Part shown: positions 54,582-64,000 of the stretch, piece by piece
Position numbering within the stretch: position 1 is the stretch's first letter
Layout: each line of letters begins with the position of its first letter
Assembly: GCA_028023455.1 (NCBI GenBank)
Contig: JAQFVV010000009.1
Coordinates: 4,340,001 to 4,404,000 of the forward strand
Direction of reading: 5' to 3'
DNA: 64,000 nt
DNA from: Epiperipatus broadwayi
Lineage: Eukaryota; Animalia; Onychophora
Translations under genes and position numbers: made by a program
Notes under the pieces: model-generated
What the model was told of the DNA's origin: nothing
Databases searched by the model: none
The model's input: only the letters and a program-made list of their open reading frames with translations

Positions 54582-55148
54582 TAGAGTGACCAGACTGGTT
54601 TGATCAAAAATCTAAACATAACCAATCATTTTTACAGCATTGCATCCCTTTTTTATAAAACTCCATTCCTATGTATATTCATCATTGTAAGTATACTTCC
54701 TCTTTGGCATGTTAACTATTGCTTAGAGTTATTAATATTTATTAATTTTATGACTAGAAAATTAATATCAACAAAAAACTAGTAAAACCACACTGTTAAT
54801 CAAAACAGGTGCAAATGCAGTTCAAATTTTAGCCTACAAAAATCCAACTGCACATGCTCAAAAGGTGAGGTTGGATGCGAGAATCCGGCCATATAACATA
54901 ATAGCGATTTTTGTTTTAGTATTGGAATTTGTCTGAAGTTTTTATAATATTAGCGTAGAAACTGAAATGGACAGAGAGGGCCAAGAAACTATCATTTTTG
55001 CAATGAATTATTTATGAAAGACAAATAATAATTATGAGTATTTGAAAATCAGGACATATAACAGTCTTGAAAAGACATTTAGGGACACTGGATCATTTAA
55101 TCAAAAATAGGGATAAATCCTGAAAAGTCAGGATGTCTGGTCATCCTA
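54582..55148. mobile_element. hAT (Tip100-like) MITE
   Basis: TIRs TAGAGTGACCAGAC / GTCTGGTCATCCTA; 8-bp TSD GAATTACG/GAATTATG (CpG decay). Confidence 0.85.
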
Positions 55149-55979
55149 GAATTATGGTGAGAGTATGTGCTTCATATAACATCCTAACCATTTTTTTTTT
55201 TTTTTTGCAAACATAACAATAAAACAGGGGTTTGAGTGTTCAAATGTTACCAAAATGTTCATTACTGACCCAGCTGCTGTACTTTATTTGCATCAAAAAT
55301 GTCACCTCATTGCAAAATATGCAAATATAGCATTAATGCAAATCATGTCATTCAGCTAATGTGAATATAATCTGTAAAAATAATATAAATAATAGTTACA
55401 CAAACATGCAATTAAAAGTGCATTATACTAATTTATTCTGAAATTATTAGTCAGGAACAACTTTCAGGAGGATTTAATTAATGATACAGGAGGTAGTAAG
55501 TTCACTTACTGAGAGACGAATCTAATATTATTATAAATAAAATATTGAGAATTATAATAACATACATTAATAGTATGTATAATAAGATGGTGTATATATA
55601 AGTTTAGGAGTCAGAAAAGTAGAAAATTTTGCTGGATTGGGCACAAACAATACAATATACAATATTAATGATACAAATTAATAAAGGAGGATAAGCAAAA
55701 GCTGAAAATTTAAAATTTCAATATTTATTTTAATGAAATGCACATGCCATTCACTCCAATTAGGTATGTCTCAGGTCTGCTTGGAAAGCTCGCCAAAAAA
55801 TTTAGAGTTTATAATATTAGTCATATGGTTTATCTAAATCATCAAATAAGTAACTGGTTCATAGAATTCTCCATTATGCAATCAATAAAGACAAAAAAAA
55901 ATTTTAAATTATAATCAACTACAAAATAATGTAGTTAATCATAGAACCAAAATTACTATTCAATGATTAGAATTAAAGA

Positions 55980-56800
55980 TGCACTTTAAAATTTCAAGAT
56001 TTTCGGAAAAGTACTATGTCTAAAGTGTTGATAGAATTTATTCTAATGAAAAGTATCTACAATTTTTTATAAGTAATATTTAAAAAAAAAAAAAAAAGGT
56101 GGGTAAATAAATTTTTTGACTCTAATACTTCTAATAAAGTGGCTTAACATAGATTACGAAATTATATGGAAGTAGATTAATATCAACTAATATATAAGAT
56201 TGAAGAACTATCTTACAACATTGAAGACCTTACATCCTAAGGCTTAATATTTAAGCTACAGATTTTAAATCAAAATTGAGAAAAAGTTATGGCAAAATTA
56301 TAGACAATGTAAAATTATATGTGAAGAGATAATTCAAAATTTTGTTATGGCTTTTCAAACAATTGATTAAAGATATTACCTGAAAATCTACGAAAGAAAA
56401 GTTTTTCAGTCAATTAAGCAATAATCTTAGAAGTCATAGATACTACCATAGCTTCTACACAGATTCAGTTTCAACGAATTCATTTAGTAACATTGAAAAA
56501 TAAGATTAAAGCAAGAAGTTTTGGAGAGAAATACATCAATATAAAGATGTTTCTGGAACTAATTCTTTTAAAGAAGTTATACATTGTAATAATAACTTTG
56601 CTATTTCTCATTCCAATGCACAAGTTGAAAGATTATTTACTAGTGTTAATAATATAAATCCACAATTAAGAAACAAAATGCAATTGAAGATAATGCACGT
56701 AATTTTGTGCATACAATTCGATTTAATGAGGTATAACAAATGTTTCTGCAATTATGAACTCCCAATAAAATGCATACTAGTATTCGGATATTACCAACAT
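55980..56800 (+). mobile_element. hAT-like transposase C-terminal remnant
   Basis: AISHSNAQVERLFTSVNNINPQLRNKM (dimerisation-domain motif) at ~56600-56680. Confidence 0.65.
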
Positions 56801-58024
56801 ATACAATAACAATTATCCTATTGATGACATTGCCAATGAGACCATTGAAATATGAATCATCTAAAAGCTGGGTTGTCAATAACATTAATAAAACCTTTTT
56901 CAGCAGCTATGATAGCATTTTTATCATCTTAAAATTTTAACATAAGCATCTTGTGAATAGAAATTTTTTCATTTATATTTTATTTATAAAAGATAAAATC
57001 TAAACAAATCGAGCTATAAATTATGCCATAAATAACTATAAAATTTTATTTGTAGTTGGCAAATGAGTTTAATGTTTTACATTTTAGTTCAAGTGTATAA
57101 CATAATATATTGTATGATTATATAATACAAATTTTACTATTGATAAATGTTGCACATATGGAGATGTGATAGTGACTTGACCAGTGCTGGTTTAGCATAA
57201 ATCTTGGGGACATCTGTCTTTTAAGATATCTTTATTCATTTTTAAAAAGAATATTTGGTGATGTATTATTAAGTATATCTTTAATAACATAAGTTTCTTT
57301 ATTTGCATTTAATAATTATTCTCCTGGTATTCAAGTATTTTAATTAAATTAATCCATATTCTTTTTTTTTTCTCTTGCATGTTATTGGTGGTTATAATCA
57401 TATCTCATAAAATTGCAAATATTAGCAAAAATCCTTAAGGGATAGGTGGCTTTTTATAGTTTCATAATAACGAAAGCAAAAACTATATTGCACAAATTAT
57501 TTTTTTAAGGATGCTTGTGCTTTGATTTTAAATAAAATCTTAATAACAACCCAACTTTTTATTTATAAACACGATAAATAAAACAGAAGCAAAATGTTGA
57601 TATTTTTATCTAATATTTTATTTCCTGATTTCCTATTAATTCATCCAAAGTTTTGCAACTACCAAGTCACCACTGGCATAAATACAACCACCATTTAATA
57701 AATATTAGAGGTGCGATCTTTAATTAACGATTAGTAATTTCCTACTACGTCTAGTGATCATGTTAAGTTTTAGCTAAGTTAATATTTTGCCATGACAGTT
57801 TTATTAATAATTATATGCCGTATTCCAGTTTTCGTAATTATCATATAAGAAGGTAAACAGTAATTATAAACAATTTATTAATATGCCGTATAAAATTAAT
57901 ACCGAGCAATAATTTATCAGCCAGTATAATTTCACAAAAAAACAAAACAAAATTTAATTTGTTATTTTATAAGGATCTAAATAAATAGCTACAAACAACA
58001 AAATATATTCAGATATTACTTTAC

Positions 58025-58085
58025 CTCCATTCTTTTGGCTAAGTTCATTAAAAGTTTCACTGTGTAAAATAGTACTATCCGCCAT
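58025..58085 (-). CDS. Probable first coding exon of an unidentified gene (MADSTILHSETFNELSQKNG)
   Basis: ATGGCG start in a CpG-retaining region, donor GAG|gtaaag, divergent from LIPT2. Confidence 0.6.
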
Positions 58086-58399
58086 AATAGAATGCTTTTT
58101 AGACCTCTAAATATAATTTAAATAATAAAATCAAAAAGATTATTTAAATACACGCTAATGATATTACGGTGTCATGTTTAAAATAAAATATATAACTACA
58201 CTTTAGGTAAAGATAACTGCTATTCAAACATGGCGGTTTGAAACTTATTTTAAAACTTTGATTTCATTTGTTATTTAAAAACTCACATGATGCATGATGT
58301 CATCAAAATGTCTGCTTCAAACGTTAGAGTAATTTCAATTAAAACAAAACTTTATTTTCATTAAATATAAATTGTGTTATTATATATACGTAATATTCA
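58086..58399. promoter_or_regulatory. Probable bidirectional promoter
   Basis: 314 bp between two divergent ATGs; CpG retained; YY1-like ACATGGCGG at ~58228. Confidence 0.55.
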
Positions 58400-58850
58400 A
58401 TGTGTAAGCTGATAGTATATGTAAAATACCTTGGGTTAATTACATTTCAAAAAGCTCTATCTATTCAAAATGCAATTGTACAACAACATTTGCAGTCTCT
58501 AAAATCTCAATCGAATTCAACCTATAATATTTTGCTATTACTTGAACATTATCCCGTTTATACCATTGGAATTAGAACTAAAGACTATGCAGAATTGGAT
58601 GAATTAAAATTTAAAAATGTTGGAGCCGATTTTATTAAAACAAACAGAGGCGGCTTAATAACATTTCATGGCCCAGGACAATTAGTAGTTTATCCTATTT
58701 TAAATTTAGCATTTTTTAAAAAAAGCCTTCGGTGGTATATAAGTCAGTTGGAACAAACTGTTATCGAGTTATGTTCAAAATTTCATGTTTCAGCGACAAC
58801 AAATCCTTATACTGGAGTCTGGGTTGGTAATAATAAAATAGCGGCCATAG
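58400..58850 (+). CDS. LIPT2: Lipoyl(octanoyl)transferase 2 (LipB family), coding exon 1
   Basis: LLLEHYPVYTIG, TNRGGLITFHGPGQLVVYPILNL, PYTGVWVGNNKIAAIG followed by donor G|gtaata; the downstream exon was not found in the window. Confidence 0.95.
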
Positions 58851-59659
58851 GTAATAATTATACAATATATATATATTACACCATAATATTATACAATGAC
58901 AAATTAAACTACTACTTTTTTCTTTTAATATATGTGGTCTCCGACATTATAAATAAACGCATTAAACATCTTTTTATTTCTTTCCAAAAACTTTATTTCC
59001 ATATATTAACTAATGAACACATATATAAATTCACATATACATTTCCAACGTTTCAGCTGTTTTTTACACCAAAGTTGAAACGTTGGAAATGTATAATATA
59101 TGAATTTATGTATATATTCTTTAGTTAATATATAGAAATAAAGTTTTTGGAAAGAAATAAGAAGCTTTATACATTTATTTATAAGGTAATAATTATTTGA
59201 TCTAAACTATTAAGATGTGTTAATTACTATGAATAAATGGTTCTTATATGCTAAAAGCTCTTTAAGTAATATTTACGTTATAAATGTATACATTGAAGCT
59301 TCATAAATATACTGGTTTTAAAAATATAAACTTTACAGTTTATATAATAAAGAACAAGAAAAAAAGTAATGCATACAATTATTTAAATAATATTGATTAC
59401 CTTTATCTTCTATGCCTTAATTTTATTAACAGCAAGTTATTCATTTATATTTTATTTATTGTAACATTGTTTCTGCAATTAGTTTTATTTGCTTTTTAGA
59501 TATGTGCAATCATGTGTATTTTAAATTTTGTAACTGATGAAAATTGTTGGGCAGTCAAAACTAGTAAGAAAAAAAATGTTGCATTGAATAAAGTTTAAAT
59601 GAAATTATTTATTATGTTTAATACCTACAATTACATTTCAATTGTTAAGCATTTTTAAT

Positions 59660-60068
59660 GGAATAAGACATGCAATTAAATTTATGAAAAAGAGAAAAGC
59701 TGCTAGAAATTATGTAATTATTATTGATATCTTAAGTTAGCGAAGGAATACAGAAATTATTAGTAAAATTGTGTATATAAAATGTCTAAATGATAAAGTT
59801 GTACCAGATGATTGGAAGAATGCAATAGTAATAATGATATTTAAGAAGAATGATAAAACAAGATATAAGAAATTACAGAACTATCAGTCTTTTGTCTCAT
59901 CTATATCAAACTTTGAATTCAAACCAACCAAAGAAGCTGGATTTAAAATGCTTTTAGCATTATAGATCAAATTCAAATAGGAGTGTGTTGAATTTGTAGA
60001 TTATGAAAAGGCATTTAATTCTTTGAGAATTTTTCATTGTGGATAAAATTTTGGACCATCAAGGTATT
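59660..60068 (+). mobile_element. RTE fragment in the LIPT2 intron, cut by a Gypsy LTR
   Basis: KCLNDKVVPDDWKNAIV, PTKEAGFK, FVDYEKAFNS; homologous to 4480-4960. Confidence 0.8.
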
Positions 60069-60845
60069 TGTTATGCCCTACCTTCCAATATGACTAAGTA
60101 AGAATAGCAAAATTATATCAGCTAATTATCCCTTGATCAGATAAAATAAAACCAAGAGCGGCTCAGTAGTTTTACGCAATTTATTAACATATGCTTATAA
60201 TGATGAACTAAAATATATATTAGCTAAAATGTTACAACAAGATATAAATACAAATAAGTTAACACATCCATTGCATACAAGTCCTTTCACTGTCTTGAGG
60301 AATTTATAATCCATGAACAAATATATATTAGCTAAATAGATACCACAAGATATAAATACACATAAGTTAAAATATCTATTGCATATGAGTCCTTTCACTG
60401 TTTTGAGGAATATAAGTCCTTCCACTTAATATATAGATTGGCTAACTAAGCAAAACAAAACCACACATATACCTTGGCATTGGTTTTCAGTCTATCATAA
60501 TCCTATAAGCTATTAGGCATTTCAAACCATAATAAGATCAGGGCAATCTATTATAAACCATGATCAGCTTGATAGCCTTCAGGAACCGAGATCCTGGAAA
60601 TTAAAACATCCCCTGCTGGATTCTTCCGCTGCTTCGATCTGGCAGGAAAAAATACTAGTTGACCCACACCCATGAGTTCTTTTGTTTTCTGGAGTATTCA
60701 TCCGGGTGGAGTTTCACCAATTTCAGTCTTGCTAAGAATTCCATCTTTCTCCGAATTCAATTAGCGGTCAAGCTGCTGCCAATTGAATTTTGCTAGTTAT
60801 CTTATTTTACTAATTTTTTTTTTAAAAGAATATTCATACATATCA
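60069..60845 (-). repeat. 3' LTR of the Gypsy element
   Basis: TGATATG...CATAACA immediately after the PPT; contains a ~110-bp tandem duplication (60203-~60414). Confidence 0.75.
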
Positions 60846-63800
60846 CTTCCTCCCCTTACTTCAGAAAACAAACAAGAGTTTAAACATAATCTTGAAATTT
60901 TTTGGGCCTACAATTTTTTCGTTGTGGTCTGGGCAAACTTTGCCTTTCCCTGGATTCGGTTTCTGGTTCATTTTCTTTACTTTCTAAGTAAGTCTCTTGA
61001 TTCTCTTGAGTTTCAACTTCCAGTTCTGCATTCACTCTTTTTTGTTTTACTTCTAGTTTTGCTGACTCTTCACTATTTGTTGAAAACTGGATGTCACGTA
61101 TGACTCAATGATGAACATGGTTTATATGCAACCGATATTAGTTTCCATTTTGTATTTGAATGGTTACAATCTGTCTGGACAAACCCCTTCAATCCATTTT
61201 TTTTTCAAACAGGTCGCAGATCCAAACTTCTTCACCTATTTGGAATATGTTGACTTCACCATTGGAGTGGGAGTATTTGTCTCTCTTTGGTATTAACATA
61301 TCCAGTTTAGTAAAATTTTCTGCCCATCAGCAGCTCCGCCATAGATTTGCACGTAACCATCAATGGCGTGGAATGTTGATGAAGCATCGCATCATATAAG
61401 ACTTTTTGCATGTTGTTACCATCATTTTTTTCTTGTAGCTTTTTTAATTTGCTGAACAGCCTTTTCAGCTAGACCGTTTGATTCCAGATGCTGGGGGGGG
61501 GGGTGCGAATGTCTTTCATTTTTTTATTTGTAAAATAGTCCTCTATCTCTAGAGCAGTAAATCCCATGCCATTATCTGATAGAATTATTTAAGGTAATCC
61601 ATGGCGTGAAAAAATAGCATTTAAGCACTGTACTCACACTCATATTTTTAACGCAGTATTTTGCCCATTTCGAGTACGAGTTGACAAGTACCAATATTAT
61701 TTTCCCTTTGATAAGACCATCATGATCCATATGTAATCTCTGCCATGGTCTATGTTTTTGGCTACGGTATATATTCCTTGGGTTTCATGCTTCTTTCGAA
61801 CTGGCAGCTTGTACATTTCTTAATGTAATTTTCTATGTCATATATTATTCCTGGTCACCAGACATAGCGACACACTAAAGTTTTTGCATGCACTATTCCA
61901 GGATGGCCTTCGTGTAATAGTTTTTAATACTTTATTTCTACCCTTACTTGTTATAACTGTCCCCCATTAATACACACCCTTTATTATAAGATAGATTTTC
62001 CTGATTTGTCCAAGAAGCCTGTGCCACGCACTGTGGTTTTTTATTTGGCCAGGCATTGCTGATCCAGCTCTTCAGTAGCTGGTATCCTTTATCATCTATC
62101 ATCCATTTTACTGTGTTACTATTCAATAGTTCAAATTGCATGACGTCTATATAGTTGATATCCACTTCGTTTGTTGGAGTTCTCTTTATCCTGATTTCTG
62201 GACAATGTGTCTGCATGCTGAATTTCTTTTCCTTTCTTGTAGACCAGCTGGTAGCTCATACAATGCCAATATATTTCTCCATCGAAGCATACGAGGGCTC
62301 AGATGGTCTGGCGCTAGCCTGTCATTTGCTAGTATGCCTAATAATGGCTTATGATCTCTTACTATTTGGAAAGATCTGTATATATACTGTGAAATTTTCT
62401 TAAACCAAATATGATAGCTAAATCGTCTTTGTCGATCTGACTAATTTCTTTCGGCTGGAAAGGGTTCTAGATGTGATAGGATGTTCCCCATTGTAACATG
62501 GATGGCATAATACAGCCTCCATGCCCCATTCTGAAACATCTGTAGTTTAGTCTTAATTCCCAATTGTTGTCAAAATGAAATAATAATTTCTCTGATGACA
62601 ATAAAGCTTTACTGTGTAAAAAAGCATCATCATGACTTTTTTACCACTTTTGATTCTCTTAATAATTCAAACGGGGCTTGCAACTTTAGTTTTATTGTGT
62701 AAAAATTCTTCAAAATAATTTATTAAACCTAGAAAAGCTGAAGTTCCTTAACATTCTTTGGTTTTTCTGCCTTTTGCACGGCCTTTACTTTTTTGGACGA
62801 TTGGCGTTTACCTTTGGTGGAAACTATGTGTCCTAGAAAAACTTCCTTAGTGCTCCACATACTTTTTTGGAATTTAACCTTACTCCAAATTTCTGTAATT
62901 TGCACATGCTTTAAATAGTTTTTGATATAGCTTCTCTTCGAGTCAGCTATTATTAGTATATCATCAAAATACAGTATGATTCCATCAAAACCTTGTAGTG
63001 ATGTATCAATTTTTGTCTGATATATATTTGGGATTATTGAAATCCCGAACAGAAGTCTATTACACTTAAATAATCCCATAGGGGTGGTTAGCATTAATAT
63101 TTCAGCAGTTTTATCAGGTACAAGGATTTGGTGAAAAGCTGAGTTTAAGTCAAGCTTCGGAAAACCCGATGTATTTTGCAAACTAGCCAGTATCTCTCCC
63201 ATTTGGTGTAGGATATGCCCCCTTATTTAAATACTTATTGACTGATACTCTTTTTTTACCAATGCTTGGATTTTCTCCTCGACTTTTAATCTCTATGCGA
63301 ATGGAATTTTTCACGGTTTGCAGATGATTGGACATGTATTTTCTCCACTAAATTTGTTTCTATTATACCCAACTCTTCACTAAATAAATCTGGGAGTTTA
63401 TTTTTGATTTCTAGTTCAAAGGAAGAGATTTTTTTATCTATGCTAACCTGAATTTCTATTGCACTAAACCATTCCCTACCTATTATAGAGCTGATAGTTT
63501 AATTATTCTTTCCTGGTTTCTAACCTGTAACTGTGCTCGCCCTAGCAGTTTTAATGCATTGCCGCTTACGTCTTAGACTTAATTCATGTTTTCAAGTTTT
63601 ATTTTAGGGTCAGCTATTGATAGTGTTTCCAGTCTACCTTCGACATTATAGATATACCTGAACTACTATCAATTTTCATCTCTATGTTGCAAATTTCCAA
63701 TTCCATCATGAATTGTTGCAAGCCTTCGACTCCAGTATTTATTTACTTTATATGTATTAAAAGATTCACCTTCTCTACTTTCTGAACTGCCCTTTTCTCT

Positions 63801-64000
63801 TTGTTACTGAGTTTTTTGCACACTTGTGCTAGATGCCCCTTATAACCGCAATTAAAACATTTTTCCTGCTTCCACCTGCACTCTTTTACTCTATGACCTA
63901 TTTTTCCACAGCAAAAACATGAAATTTTGTTTCCCTTTTTTACTTTCGGTTTTACGTGAACTTATACATTGTTTTTCCCTTTTACAAACTTGCATATTAG
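60069..64000 (-). mobile_element. Ty3/Gypsy LTR retrotransposon (decayed gag-pol; 5' end outside the window)
   Basis: Two CCHC knuckles (CFCCGKIGHRVKEC, CFNCGYKGHLAQVC), RT (KLDLNSAFHQI, YFDDILI), RNase H, integrase, PPT AAGGGGAGGAAG. Confidence 0.92.

Noticed and set aside
55250-55371. Exon-like segment with two ATGCAAAT octamer motifs
   Set aside because: Stops in all three frames from the best acceptor; octamers are expected by chance in AT-rich DNA.
58851-59128. Continuation of the 242-aa ORF after KIAAIG
   Set aside because: Similarity to LipB ends at a canonical donor; the remainder is low-complexity intron read-through.
1-64000. CRISPR arrays, rRNA, functional tRNA or snRNA genes, Fanzor/TnpB-like ORFs
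   Set aside because: None recognised: no regularly spaced short repeats, and the only tRNA-like sequences are degenerate and transposon-embedded.

Overview
Very AT-rich, CpG-depleted animal genomic DNA (probably an arthropod; inference from composition and transposon content), dominated by nested, mostly decayed transposable elements. Host genes: exon 1 of a lipoyl(octanoyl)transferase LIPT2/LipB homolog (+, 58400-58850; the rest lies beyond the window) and, head-to-head across about 315 bp, an unidentified minus-strand gene with candidate small exons down to about 14 kb. Mobile DNA: two full-length RTE LINEs with 13-bp target-site duplications (one with a twin-priming-type 5' inversion), an L1/Tx1-like insertion, three Penelope-like element (PLE) families each carrying a minimal hammerhead ribozyme, three Ty3/Gypsy remnants, two copies of an unclassified ~2-kb TG...CA element (one flanked by a 388-bp duplication), hAT, Tigger/pogo and MITE elements. 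The most striking observation is a hammerhead ribozyme, present in two diverged PLE copies, whose core reads A3-U8 instead of C3-G8 and whose palindromic stem III shows compensatory changes. All alignments were done by eye; boundaries of decayed elements are approximate.
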